Shown here one piece after another: positions 25,690-39,859 of a stretch of DNA of 55,449 nucleotides. The stretch covers positions 1-55,449 of the forward strand of contig NW_021834379.1 of the NCBI RefSeq assembly GCF_006345805.1, read 5' to 3'. The stretch comes from Octopus sinensis (taxonomy: Eukaryota). Under the pieces are notes generated by a model that was not told the DNA's origin, ran no database searches, and was given only the letters and a program-made list of their open reading frames with translations. Made by a program: the position numbers and the translations under genes. The stretch's first letter is position 1. Each line of letters begins with the position of its first letter.

Positions 25690-26960
25690 TAATTATGTTT
25701 TTGCGTCATCACCCTCTGGCATACTTCAATTCTCATAACGCGTTGGTGAAAGAAGAAATCACAATGAGCAGCAGTATTCAAGGTAAGACCAGGCAAGCGC
25801 AGAAAAGAGAAGGATGACTTTTTTCAGGATCTCTTGACTGAAAAGTTCTAAGAATCCAGAAGCACATTCTACGGATACTATCGACTGTGCACTTCATCTT
25901 ACGCTTTCCTTCCCATTTAGACCTAAGCCTCTCATATTGTTTGATGCTACAAAAGTTCTCCTGGGAGAAGAAAATACAGATGTTTATGTATGTCTTCTTT
26001 TCGAAAATGGATGAACTCAAATTTTACTTCGTTGAACACCATATATATTTTTTATTCTTTTGCTCCTTTCTTTTCCCCGCTCAACAAATCAGAGCTTGAG
26101 TCAAACATTGCAGTTTTTCTTCATCATATATTCTCTTGATGAGTTTCTGAAGCTTAGTATCATCTGAAAAGATGTTTATTTTACTGTGTTTGATGGAATT
26201 TGCAACGTCATTTCCTTAAGCAACAAACAGAAGTTGACCCTGCAAAGAAACCTGGGAGACACCACTAATGTCCTTTGCTGGTCTTGAGTAAACTCTGTTG
26301 ATCACAAAATACTTACTTCTGTTAGTAGAAACATTTATTCCACTGGAGTAACTTAACACGGATTTAGATGTTGGATAATTTCATCAGCAAAATGCTGTGG
26401 TCGATTCTGTCGGTAGCTTTATAGAAGTCAAGTTAAATGACATTTGAGTTGGAGACCTCTCCCCAAGCATATAGAATGTCATCAGAATGGTGCAGAAACT
26501 TTATTAAGTAGTCTCTGTCAACATGAAAACCATGATGGTTGGCATCAAGGAGATGATCTCTCTAGGAAACCACTTATCTCAGCTGGCCTTCAAATACTTT
26601 TAAAATGTACAACTTTAGTGAGATCAGAAGGTAAATCACTGTGAACAACTTATACACCTTTTTAGAAACGGAGGTATCAAATTCGTACATAGCAAGTATA
26701 AATTTGAAATCCAGCTATTTCCACCAGATATTAGTAAGAAATTATGTAATTTGATGGTTGCACTCCTCCAGGATTAGCGGAGAATCTGTCATGGTCTAGT
26801 ACTGAATTGGGTCTCGTTTTATCAATTACCACAATGATGTTAGTAGTGTCGGAAGTTATGATGGGACGAATATTTTGAGGTTTTATTTCATCAGTATTGC
26901 CTAATCACCTGCACTGAAGACAGAGCAATATTGCTTCTATAGAATCTCTATCGTATCTTT
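25690..26960 (-). mobile_element. CR1/L2-type LINE, decayed RT and C-terminal region
   Basis: Minus-strand NDVANSIKHSKINIFSDDTKLQK (~26150-26212) and WILRTFQSRDPE; many stops and indels. Confidence 0.8.
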
Positions 26961-27206
26961 GGCATTGTTGAGTTGAATGCCGTTTACAGCGATCAGTGGG
27001 CTAACGGCAAATAATGAAATAAAGTGTTCCATGCTATTTTGATTGTTTTGTTGGGGTTTTTTTATGAATAGAGAATTTTGTCTCTGATTCTTATATTGGC
27101 CGAGTAAATTTTAGCAATCTTAATTTATCGATACCAAATGAATGAAAGACAGTCGACCTGGGCGGAATTTGAACACAGAATGTAAACACGTCCCCTTCAT
27201 AATAAT

Positions 27207-27272
<66 letters not shown>

Positions 27273-27273
<1 letters not shown>

Positions 27274-28400
27274 TATGTAAAAAAGTGACGTGGAACCATT
27301 ATTGAAACATGCGAAGATGGCTGACGTCATTAAAACTGAGAATTATGTAAAGAAAGAAAAATTTATAGAGCAAAAGAACACGAAAAAATAAACAGTATGG
27401 AAGGAAAAAATGTACGATCAGTTTGCAAGAGATACAAACACCAAGATAGGTTCAGAATACCGGTAGCTATGGACGAGGAGGAGAGACCTGAAGATAGAGA
27501 CAGAGGCGCTTATATGCGCAGCTCAAGAACAAGTGTTAGGGACCAACTATATGAAGTGCAGAATCGACAACACTACCGGCAGCGACAAATGCAAAACGTG
27601 TGGTGAAAGGGGTGAAACGGTACGGCACATCGTTAGCGAATGCCAAAATTAGCACAACGCGAATACAAAAGACGACATGACAATGTAGTAAGAATGATCC
27701 ATTGGGTGCACTGGGGAAGTCACATCCAACAAAGAGCAAAGACGTGGTATAAAAAAACTCCAGAAGGAGTCACCGATAATGAAAATTACAAAATCCTGTG
27801 GGATGCAATGATCCAGTACGATCACCTGATCAGACATTGGAAACTGGACATTGTTGTGGTGAATAAAAAAGAAAGAATATGTATGATAATCGGCATAGCA
27901 TGCTCTGGTGACAACAGGATCAAGGTGAAAGAAGAGGAAAAAATGGACAATTATGACGATTTGAAGTGGGAAATGCGAAGGTTTTGGTCAATGAAGAGAG
28001 TAGACGTGATACCAACAGTAATTGGTGCACTTGGAAGTATCAGCACTCAACTACCAATGTGACACAAAAAGATTGCTACAAGTTTAGAAAGTAGAACACC
28101 TACAAAAATAAGCTTTTTCCTGGAACAGAAAGAAATATGTTAGAGAAATCGGAATTGACATGAGAGCAGAGGGAGCCCAAAAAGCTGCGCTGCTGGGGAA
28201 GGCTAGGATTTTGATATTGGTACTTGGATGTTGAATGTCTTCCATGATAATTAACATCCAATAATCAAAGCTTATAATGTGCGGAAAGAGACCTTATGAG
28301 TCCTCTGGCAAGAGGCTGCTGTCCGCTCTCACAGAATCAACCACAGCAAACAAGACCGAGTACTCTGAGAAGTAAAACAACCACAACAACAACAATAATA
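27273..28400 (+). mobile_element. R4/Dong-clade RLE LINE, 5'-truncated
   Basis: ETEALICAAQEQ, CKTCGERGETVRHIVSEC (CCHC), KILWDAMIQ..DIVVVNK..IIGIAC (RLE), KAALLGKAR end; (AAT)n upstream and (AAC)(AAT) downstream. Confidence 0.88.
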
Positions 28401-28409
28401 GTGTTAATA

Positions 28410-29255
28410 TTTTCTTATTGGCCACAAGGACCGAACACAAAACAAAAAGGATTATATAAAAACAAAGGACAAGTGGAGCCTAACACAAAAGTATATGCAA
28501 GCAATAGCAAAAACCTTAAAACTCCCCACAAGGTGGGGGCGATTCCAGCCGAGGCAACCAAGGAATCCAACACATCCTGGTGCCCCCAATCTCTAACGGC
28601 ATCACAGGCAGGCACCCCTATTCACTCTATCCTATCTGGATGACAAGCGCATGTTTAGAGTAGGCTCATTCACACAGGCCGCCCTCGTCACATTTACCCA
28701 ACTTTCTGCAAAAAATCTCCATTCTCACTTTCCTTTATATTGAATAGAAATTTCAAAACAATCGATGACGGCTTGGCCGAGGTGGAACGTATCTGTCTTC
28801 AGTCCTTTCAACCGTGTCCACCACACTAACTCTTTGACCATAGCCACCTGATAGAGGAAAACTTCTTGCCCTTCCCGGTCTAAAGAAGATGGTAGAACGA
28901 TTCAGCCGATAACCGGATCCGCTCTACGCGTGATAACATTGGATGAATGCATGCAGAACGGTTTCATCGCTCTGCTCGCATCTCAGACAGGACCGTCTAA
29001 CAGCACCTCCGTGCCTCTAGAGCTTGTCCTAAACCTACAGGGCCCCGGTAGCATTACCAGTATCGGGATTTTGGGATATTATCAAAAGAATCCAGTCCGA
29101 AGGTTCTCCAGAAAAGGCCAGCTAATTGATCTCCCCCGACATCCAAAGTTTCCTTCCAAGGACGTTGTCGTTGCTGCTCGCCACTGATCCCCTACAGAAC
29201 TCCAATGTGGAACTTCCACCGACCGCATTGTCCGACTGGCAGAGGGCTGTGAGTG
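28410..29255 (-). mobile_element. Tx1/L1-clade LINE 3' fragment, second subfamily
   Basis: Minus-strand CLRCEQSDETVLHAFIQC and VWWTRLKGL homologous to 16350-16600; 3' end tgtggccaataagaaa like copy A. Confidence 0.8.
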
Positions 29256-29599
29256 ATAATAATACAAGTTTTTTTTTGTTTGGCACAGAAGCGATATATT
29301 ACAAATAACAAATATACTACAACATACAAAGCTAAATGAAAATTGTAGTAACAATCAGGAAGTGGACGAGAACAATAAGAACAAGATGACGAGCAGAGAA
29401 ATACAGCAGCAATTTCATCATCATTACTATCATCGTCGTCATCGTCGTCAAACGCCACAACAGCGCAAAGAAGTCTGTGACAGAATGGAAATGACATTTC
29501 GCGTGTAAGAATATTTGTCTAGAGCAATGATAATAGCCTCACGTTTGGTGAGCAAATTGGAGAATAAACAGATCAGATGCACAAACAGACGGGGGACAT

Positions 29600-30046
29600 G
29601 AGAAGCAGATAAATATATAAATAGATCGATGGACAGAAATATATGTAGACAGATAGGAAAATTAAGAAAGTGATAGACAGTTAGATAGATGGACAGATAG
29701 ATTGATAGATAGAGAGAGGGTGGGAGAGAGAGAAGGAGAGAGACAGACAGATTGATAAACAGATAAACAGATAGCTAGATAGATTAATATATATATAGAC
29801 AGACTGATAAATACATACATACATACATACATAAAAATATAGACAGACAGATACACAAACAGAAGACAGGCAGACAGAAAGATAGATAGATAGAGAGATA
29901 GATAGATAGAAAGATAGATAGACAGATTGATTGATTGATTAGCAGACATGCATAGATAGACAAAGGACAGAGACAGACAGACAAACAGGCAGACTGGCAG
30001 ACAGACAGATTGATAGATAGATAGACAGATAGATTGACAAAGACAC

Positions 30047-30128
<82 letters not shown>

Positions 30129-30254
30129 GGAGAGAAAGAGAGAGAGAGAGAGAGAAACAGACAGAAAGACAAATAGATAGACAGGCAGACGGACAGACAG
30201 AAAGACAGTCAGACAGACAGTGAGGCAGATTCATAGATAGATAGATAGATAGTT

Positions 30255-30332
<78 letters not shown>

Positions 30333-30337
30333 GACAG

Positions 30338-30417
<80 letters not shown>

Positions 30418-31532
30418 GGAATGGTGAGAAAGCGGAGGATGATGGAAAAAATAGATACTTGTGTGGCTGATAGATAGATCGATATAAAAAAAAGGAAAGA
30501 AAGAAAGCAAGACCTAAATAAATACTAATAAAAAAAATCAAGAAAGACCTTAGTGATAAATAGAAGGGAATCTCGAAAGCATGTAAACAAACAAGCTAGA
30601 GCAAACAAATGAAAAAACATTAAGATATTAAGAATGAAAGATTGTAAACAAAATTAACGAGAAATGAAGCAAAAATTGTCTAAAAATACAATATAAATAA
30701 ATCTTAAAAGTAAAATGTAAAGAAAAAATAAATATATAAAGAAGGGGAAAAGATAAAAGAAAATAAAGAAATGTAATGTAAAAGAAATAAAAAATGTAAA
30801 AGAAATGAGAGAAAATAAGTAAAGGATAAGGGAGTCGCGTGAAGTGAAGAAAATAGATGAAAATGTATATAAAAATTGAGAGATGGGCGAGTTGGAATGG
30901 AGGAAGGAGATGGGGAGAGAAAGAGATGGGGAGAGAAGGATAGACTGATAGAGACAGAGAGATAGAGAGAGACAGAGATTAGTAAGGGGAAGAGAAGAGG
31001 GGAAGGAGAAAAAAGGGAGAGATGAGAAGAGAGAGATGGTACGGAAGAAAGGAGAGGGGAGAGAGAGAGAGAGAGAGAGATAAACAAACAGACTGGCAGA
31101 CAAGATAAGAGAAAGAGAGAGACAGACACAGAGACAGAGACAGAGAGAAATGCAGAGAGAGAAGCAGAAAAAAGAGGCAGAGAGAGGCAGAAAGAAAAGG
31201 AGAGGTAATGGTAGAGAGAGAAGCAGAGAGAGAGAGAGGCACTAAGAGAGCCAGAGAAAGAGGTAGAGAGGCACAGAGAGTGACAGAGAGTGAGAGAAGA
31301 CTAGGTGGCAAGAGAGAAATAATGAAAGGAATAGAGAGGGGGTAAGAGACAGAGATAAATGGAGAAGGAAAAAGATAACGATAGGTAATGAGATGAAGAG
31401 GGCGAGAGAGAGAGAGAAAGAGCGTGAGAGAGAGAGAGAGAGAGAGAAAAGGCGAAGATGTATATGCACTTTGTATGTGTATATAAACACACACTCACAC
31501 ATACACATTTACGCACGCACGCATACACACAC

Positions 31533-31581
<49 letters not shown>

Positions 31582-31650
31582 CATAAACATAATGAGAAGA
31601 GAGAGAAGGTAGCGGTGGGAGGAGGGAAGAAAGAAGGGGAAGAAAGAAAT
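29600..31650. repeat. 2-kb purine-rich (GATA/GACA/GA)n low-complexity block
   Basis: Directly visible. Confidence 0.9.
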
Positions 31651-32934
31651 TGTAGTAGTACATACAATAAATGGATAAGTAATTAGACAAAGAAAAGGGG
31701 GAAAAAATGGAGAAAGAAATCAAAAACAAATGAAGAAGGAGCAAAAAGAAAAGAAATATTATGGTAAATGGTATCATCTTGTTTTCTTTTGTAACCATTT
31801 AATTGAATTATTTGCTTTTCTGATGTTATTATTGATGTTCTTGTCGTTTTGTTTGTTTGTTTGCTCTCTCTCTCTCTCTCTTGATTTGCTAACGTATTTT
31901 TTCTAGTGTTTTTTTGTTTTTTTTGTTTATTTGTTGTTGTTTTTTTCATCTTTTTTTTTTTCTGTCATCTTTTGATATCCACTTTGAAAGTAGACGTGGC
32001 AAAAATTGATGGAGTGATGGAGTGTCGGATTTAAAACAGTATCTTTTGTTGTTGTTGTTGTTGATGTTGTCGATGTTGTTGTCGTTGATGATGATAATGA
32101 TGATGATGCTGTTGGTGTTATGGTTGCTGCCGTTCGTGTTTAGCGTGGCGAAAATTAATGAAAATGATAGAACGGTTAAACACATATTTTTCCCTCTATG
32201 TTGGATGAGTTTTTTTTTCTTTTCTTCGTTTTATTTTTCAACTATGTGTTTAGGATTGAAATATTTGGTGGAGTTTTAAAAACAAAAAATAACTAACAAC
32301 AAAGCTAATTTAAAAACATGCTGTCCCTCTAACGGTCGCAGCAATTACAAGGGAGATAATAATTTCGTTTATAATACGAAGTAGGATCAAAAATTTTTAA
32401 TTGAAATTAAGAAATTATATGCATGGCATTCATCTATTTGATTATTACATTGTGTAAAAAGATTGTCTTTTTCTTGTCTTAGGTCAGTAAATGTTATTTC
32501 CTATTTGCTTCTATCTAGAAATCAAAGGAAATTACTACCATTCCCTTCAAACTTTGCTTTTGTGACCTGGACACCAATGTTTTGAAACTAACCTCATTTC
32601 CATCACATTTCAGACAGATTCAATGCTGAATTGCTGAAGCAAGAACATCATTGCAGGAAATATTTGGCTCAGTACCATAGATTTGCTTGCCAGTTGCTTG
32701 ACCATGATCACTTGAGCCTGTCCGTTAGTGGCTGACAATATGTTCATCTCTAATCATGTGGAGGAGGAGTGGGGGAGCATCACAGCCATATGTTGAGGGA
32801 CATTCTTTGGGGTTCGAATAGATGTAACAAAAGCAAAGTTGGAGGGATGTATTATCTTCATTTCATACTTTCTAGGGTAAGCAAATAAGCAGTAACGGCT
32901 ACTACTCAAGGGCAAAATTCGTCTTGTACAGTGT

Positions 32935-34285
32935 TATTCGAGCTGACAGAATCGTTAACATGTCGGACAAAATGCTGCTAGGCATTTTGTCTATGTTCTG
33001 AGTTCAAATTTCCGCCGAGGTCACCTTTGCCTTTCATCATTCCGTGGTCGATGAAATAAATAACATTCAAGTGCTGTTAGTGATGTAATCAATTAACCCC
33101 TCTCACAAATTTTCAGGCTTATGTCTATAGTTGAACGAATTTTTAAAGGTGGGTTGCTGGCAGAAATTTTACCGCGCCGGAGCAAAATGCTTAACTGCAT
33201 TTCTTCCGGTTTTTTTTTACGTTCGGAGCTTAAATCCCGCCAAAATTGACTTTACCTTTCATCCTTTCGTGGTCGATAAAATAAGTACCAGTAAAATGCT
33301 GAGGTCGATGTAATCGACTTCCCCTTCCCCTCAAAAATTGCTGGCTCTGTGCAAAAAATTTGAAACAAAGTCGGCGAGATGGCAGAATCGTCAGCACGCC
33401 GGAAAAGATACAGGTGGACTTTGCTTTTCAACCTTTTGATGCTGGTAATATAAGTACCAGTTGAAAACTGGGGTCGACGTAATCGACTTATACTCTCCTC
33501 TGAATTTGAAGCCATTATTTTTGTTTTCTTTTGTTTACTCACTTAAAACGTTCTTAAAATTTCTGTATCCGTGAAACCATTCCTTCCATGCTAAAATTTT
33601 AATCTGGACACTATTTTAGTTGAACACGTATTTCTTAGTGTTTAGTGTTGCAAATCAAGAGTAGTGCAGTTCAAATATATTAAAAGCACGTCTGTTTGTT
33701 TTTTTAGTACGAGAAACTTAATACGGTTAAGACAAAGCTATTCATTGCCTTGTGTCCACCATTACAAATTTTGCTAAATACGTTTAGGTGATTTCGTGAT
33801 TTCAATTTATTAAATTAGCGACTAAATTATTTAGCTAAACATAAATTAGTTTCGTATTCAACATGGCGAATTTGGTGAAGCTCGATCGGTGAAGTAAAAA
33901 AACACTTTTATTTGTATTTAGCAGAACAACATTTAGAGAGTTATTTATTCATATATATATTATTCAGTCTTCTGTTTAGTGGTATTTCGTCTGTTTTTAT
34001 GTTCTGAATTCGAATTCCGCCAAAGTCGACTTTGCCATTCATCTTCTCAGGTTCGATAAAATAAATTATCTTTTTTCTGCAATGCAGTAGAGCAAGCAGA
34101 AGTCGATAGTGCATCGAACTAAATACTTAGTGGCATGTCATCCGGCTCTAAATCCTTAGTCCACACAAGTCGACTTCGCTTGTCATTCTTTCGGGGTCGA
34201 TAAATCAAGTACCAATAGTGCAGTGGTGGGGGTTCAATGCCATCGACTAATACCTCTACCTAAATTTTGAAACCATGTCTTAAGT
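32935..34285 (+). mobile_element. Cluster of five decayed family-2 SINE copies, all + strand
   Basis: Repeated gtcgactttgcc-ttcatcctttc-ggtcgataaa-taagtacc domain at ~33020, 33245, 33415, 34025 and 34175. Confidence 0.75.
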
Positions 34286-34599
34286 GTTCTGTATTACAAA
34301 TTTGATGCTGAATACTAAATTTAACTAAACAAATCTTTCTCATGCCTAGCATTTCGAAATTCATTAGAAAAATTAGTGAAACACATTTTTTTATTCATAC
34401 TTAGCTTTAAAATTTTTAAGTTTCAACACTTTGGTCAAAACATTTCTTTCTTCTGTTTTTAAACAACCTGTTAGCAATCCATAGAGCGAAATCTAAGCAG
34501 ATTTATTTCATAGTGTTTAAGAGGACAATCTTGATAATGTGAAAACGCTTTAGTTTTTCATCGTATTTAACATTACGATAGCCATATGTAATATGTAAT

Positions 34600-34765
34600 A
34601 GGCGCAGGAGTGGCTGTGTGGTAAGTAGCTTGTCTACCAACCACATGCTTCAGGGTTCAGTCCCACTGCGTGGCACCTTGGGCAAGTGTCTTCTACTATA
34701 GCCTCGGGCCGACCAAAGCCTTGTGAGTGGATTTGGTAGACGGAAACTGAAAGAAGCCCGTCGTA

Positions 34766-34810
<45 letters not shown>

Positions 34811-35040
34811 GCATGTGTGTGTTTGTGTGTCTGTGTTTGTCCCCTAGAATTGCTTGACAACCGATGCTGGTGTGTTTATGTCCCCGTTACTTAGCGGTTC
34901 GGCAAAAGAGACCGATAGAATAAGTACTGGGCTAACAAAAGAATAAGTCCCGGGGTCGAGTTGCTCGATTAAAAGGCGGTGCTCCAACATGGCCGCAGTC
35001 AAATAACTGAAACAAGTAAAAGAGTAAAAGAGTAAAGAGT
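34600..35040 (+). mobile_element. CORE-type SINE, family 1, full length
   Basis: tRNA-like head, CORE-like gcaccttgggcaagtgtcttct, internal (TA)(TG), (GTAAAAGA)n tail. Confidence 0.9.
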
Positions 35041-35384
35041 ATGTCTAGCTTGACAAATATGATAAAAATAACGTGCAGTGCGAAAGCTTCAGCCAGATCG
35101 CCACTTTGCATCTTACATTATAATGATTGAATCTGGAACCATGCGCAAACTTCTTAACAAAAGCCACGCCTGCGCCTATGTAGTTTATTTATGTTCTTAA
35201 TAATATTCTTAAGAACAACGAGAGCCCATACAATAACGTATCTAATTTCTCAAAACGTTCTGGTAGAGTAGAACGTGAGCATGCTGATCACTACTGTTTC
35301 TCATCATCAAATAATATCTCTCTTTAGACGATGTGTATTCAGAACACACACGATTTACTGATGTAGGGAGGTTTGAAATATTTT

Positions 35385-35415
35385 GACGTTTCAACCTCAT
35401 TGTGAGTCTCCTCAG
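35385..35415 (-). ncRNA. Minimal hammerhead-like motif
   Basis: CTGAGGA-gactca(caa)tgaggtt-GAAAC-GTC; intact core and GUC triplet, stem I poor. Confidence 0.45.
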
Positions 35416-35877
35416 TTAAAGTTACCGATGAATTTGACAAGAGTGCAAGCTCTAGTTTATAGAAACCAGCAAACCAATTATAAGTATCAGCAGCAGAATT
35501 CTATAAGATTTTCGCAGATGAAATTCTAATAAATAAATGGATTATCTCTACAACTACAACCGTCCAGTCATCCATTAAACAATCCGTCAAACAATCCATT
35601 AAACAATCCACCTGCCTACCAAGCAATTTTACCGATCCATCTACGAATGCTTAACAGTTTATAGTCCCACACTACCACCGAACGATTTATCCATCAAAGA
35701 GCAGCTGAAACAATTCTTCAAACAATCAGCCTACCCACTCACCATCCATCCAAACAGCTAACCATCTAGCCAACCAAGCAACCAGCCAACCGACCAGCTA
35801 CAAATCAACTACACATCTACCTATCCAACCACTACCCATCAAACTGCCCAAACTTCCGCCTGTCCAACCATCCATAC

Positions 35878-36280
35878 TCTTACTCTTTTACTTGTTTCAG
35901 TCATTTGACTGCGGCCATACTGGAGCACCGCCTTTAGTCGAGCAAATCGACTCCAGGACTTATTCTTTGTAAGCCTAGTTCTTATTCTATCGGTCTCTTT
36001 TGCCGAACCGCTAAGTTACGGAGACGTAAACACACCCGCATCGGTTGTCAGGTGATGTTGGGTGAACAAAGACAGACACGCAAACACACACACACATATA
36101 TATACATATACATATATACGACGAGCTTCTTTCAATTTCCGTCTACCAAATCCACTCACAAGGCTTTGGTCAGCCCGAGGCTATAGTAGAAGACACTTGC
36201 CCAAGTTGCCAAGCAGTGGGACTGAATCAGGAACCATGTGGTTCATAAGCAAGCTACTTACCACACAGCCACTCCTGCGC
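35878..36280 (-). mobile_element. CORE-type SINE, family 1, full length
   Basis: Reverse complement of 34600-35040. Confidence 0.9.
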
Positions 36281-36511
36281 CATAAAATCGAACCATTTTT
36301 CCATCCATTCATTTATACATCAAACCAACCCCATCCAACTGTCCGTTGCACTATCAATTCATCTATCCACCCGTGTGTCCATTTATTCATTCGTCCGTCT
36401 AACTATCCAACCCGACATCTATTTCATCCATCGAACCATCTAACCATTCATCTATTTATACAACCATCAACCTATCCATTTAGCGAGCCATCTATTCAGT
36501 TATATATTATA

Positions 36512-36812
36512 CTGGCACTCCGTTGGTCTCGACGATGAGTGCGCCGGTGATCCGATCAACGGAACAATCTGTTCTTGAAATTAACGTACAAATGGCTGAG
36601 TCCTCTACAGATACACGTGCCCTTAATGTGGTTCTCAGGGAGATACAGAGTGACACACTGAATGTGACAAGACTGGCCCTTTTTGTCAACTGAATGAACC
36701 GGAGCAGCGTGAAATAATTTCTTGCTTGAGGACACGTCGCGCCGACGGGAATCGGGGTCAAGGCCTTATGATCGTAAACTGAATACCGTAACCGCTAAAC
36801 CACACGCCTTCA
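36512..36812 (-). mobile_element. tRNA SINE, family 3, full length
   Basis: Head gaaggcgtgtggtttagcggtt plus body shared with 18660-18893. Confidence 0.8.
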
Positions 36813-36954
36813 CATATGTGAAATACAGGACAGGCAAAAAGGTTAAGTTGACCTGAGGCTAAAGAACAACAACAACATCAAAAACAACAACAACAACAAC
36901 AACAACAACAGCAACAACAATAGCAACAGCAGCATTATTAAAAGAACTTCGGTG

Positions 36955-37180
36955 CAATGTGTCTGTGAGGAAATCTCTCAGGGAGATTCAGCATGACACA
37001 GAATATGGTGAGGCTGGTCCTTTTGAAATACAGGCACTATTCATTTTTGCCAGTTTGGTGTATTGGAACAACGATAAATAAAATGTCTAGCTCAAAGACA
37101 AAACGCGCAGCCGAAATTTGAACTCATGATTTTATGATCGTGAGTCGAATACCGTTGCCACTAAGCCATGCGCCTTCACT
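36955..37180 (-). mobile_element. tRNA SINE, family 3, 3'-truncated
   Basis: Homology to 36512-36812. Confidence 0.65.
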
Positions 37181-37309
37181 CATCTTCCCAACTATCCGAC
37201 CATACACCCAACCAACCAGCCAGCCAGTAATCCACCAAAAACATACATTCATTTATCAATCTATCCACCCAGATATCTATCTATCCAATCACTCGTCCAG
37301 CCATTTAGC

Positions 37310-38200
37310 AACATTCCACGCATCCATCCATCCACGCATCCATCCATCCATCCACGCATCCATCTATCTACGCATCCATTTATCCACGCATCCATCCATC
37401 CCTGCATCCATCTGTCCACGCATCCATCTATCCACGCATCCATCTTTGCCTGCATCCATCTATCCACGCATCCATCTGTACACGCATCCATCATTCCACG
37501 CATCCATCATTCCACGCATCCATCATTCCACGCATCCATCTATCCACGCATCCATCTATCCACGCATCCATCTATCCACGCATCCATCTTTGCCTGCATC
37601 CATCTATCCACGCATCCATCTGTACACGCATCCAACTATCCACGCATCCATCTATCCACGCATCCATCATTCCACGCATCCATCTATCCACGCATCCATC
37701 TATCCACGCATCCATCTATCCACGCATCCATCTATCCACGCATCCATCTCTCCCTGCATCCATCTATCCACGCATCCATCTACCCCTGCATCCATCTATC
37801 CACGCATCCATCTATCCACGCATCTATCCATCCCTGCATCCATCTATCCACGCATCCATCTACCCCTGCATCCATCTATCCACGCATCCATCTATCCACG
37901 CATCCATCTATCCACGCATCTATCCATCCCTGCATCCATCTATCCACGCATCCATCTATCCCTGCATCCATCTATCCACGCATCCATCTATCCCTGCATC
38001 CATCTATCCCCGCATCCATCTATACACGCATCCATCTATCCACGCATCCATCCATTCATGCATCCATCTATCCACGCATCCATCTATCCCTGCATCCATC
38101 TATCCCCGCATCCATCTATCCACGCATCCATCTATCCACGCATCCATCTATCTCTGCATCCATCTATCCTCGCATCGATGTATCCCCGCATCCATTTATT
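37310..38200 (+). repeat. 16-bp minisatellite ATCCACGCATCCATCT derived from (ATCC)n
   Basis: ~55 units with variants ATCCCTGC/ATTCCACG; explains the 382-aa ORF. Confidence 0.9.
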
Positions 38201-39484
38201 CTTCCATTCAACCAACCAACCATCGCACCATCCATTTATCTATTTAACCATTCATCCACCCAGCCGGCCAAGCATCCATTAAACCATCAAACCATTTAAC
38301 CATCATTCCACCTATTCAACTTTCCATCACATTTAACTAGCCAGCCTTCAAGCAAACAAAAAACTATAGCCACAGCCATCCAAACAACCAACCAACCAAC
38401 AAACAAACAAACCAGCCTGCCATCCTTCCCGCCCTCCAGCTATTTTTCTTTCTATTTTTATTTTCATTCATCCACTGACAGACTGACTAACTGACCGTTC
38501 TACATCTGACCAGTCTTCAGTAAACGGCGATGACCAATACAACAACAACAACAACAACAACAAAAAACGATAAATGTAACAAAAACAAAAAGAAAAACAA
38601 TGATTTTGCATCATTATTTTCCTTTCTTTCTCCTTCTTACTCATGATTTTTTTTAGCGTTTTTATTTTATGTTCGCATTTTCGTCATTATCTTTCTGGTA
38701 GTTGTTGTTCTTATAGTAGCTGTTGTAAAGAATTACTTCCTGCAAGCCTGCAATGCCTTGACCGAATGCTTGACCATTAAGAATTAAACAAACCTTCAAA
38801 TGTAATACTGAAGGAAATTTTTTTCTTTTTTGTTTTGCATGTGTGCGGTCTGAGAGTAGGGGTCAGTTTTTTTTAATGTTATTGTCAGTGTTGCTGTTGT
38901 CTTTATACTATTACTGCTGTTGCTGCTGTTGGTGTTTGATGTTCTATTATATTTTCAAAGACATTCCCTGTCCCTACCAGCAACGCGACTGAAACCATCA
39001 TCACTATAAATGCCTCCCCACTCTCTAGCACCACCACCTCTCTCTCTCTCTCACTTTCTATCTTTCCTCTACCTCTTTCTTTCTTGCTCTCCCGTTATTT
39101 TTGTCTGTTATATTTAGTAATCATTATATCTGACGATTTCTTTTCTACATTTTACTTTGCTACATTATTCTTCTTCCCCATTTTTACCGAAAGGGGAGGG
39201 AGCAGAATAAAGTGTTTCTCTTATGTTTATATATTTTTCATCTTATTGTATTTATTTTTTTCTCTTTAGCTTCTTTGTTTGTGTTGTAGTTTTGTATCTT
39301 ATAATCTTATTACTATTAGTATTGTTATTTGCATTGACGTTATTGAATTTATTTATTTTTTCTTATTCTTCTTTCAAAAATCGTATAATTTGGTCACTAC
39401 ACATCTTCCTATCCAGCTCAATCCCACTCTTCATTCAACTCATCAATTTTGTCCAGAAGTCCATTTATTACCATTTGCTCCATA

Positions 39485-39511
39485 TTGGAAATAATAATAA
39501 TAATAATAATA

Positions 39512-39542
<31 letters not shown>

Positions 39543-39617
39543 AATAATAATAATAATAAATAATAATAAAATAATAATAAAATAATAATAATAATGATAA
39601 TAATAATAATAATAATA

Positions 39618-39689
<72 letters not shown>

Positions 39690-39769
39690 CAATAAAAATA
39701 ACAATAATGATAATAATGAAAATAATAAAAATAATAAAAAAAAATAATAATAATAATAATAATAATAAC

Positions 39770-39804
<35 letters not shown>

Positions 39805-39827
39805 TAATAATAATAATAATGATGATG

Positions 39828-39859
<32 letters not shown>

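Noticed and set aside
37134-38282. 382-aa His/Pro/Ser/Ile repeat ORF
   Set aside because: Fully explained by a stop-free 16-bp minisatellite.
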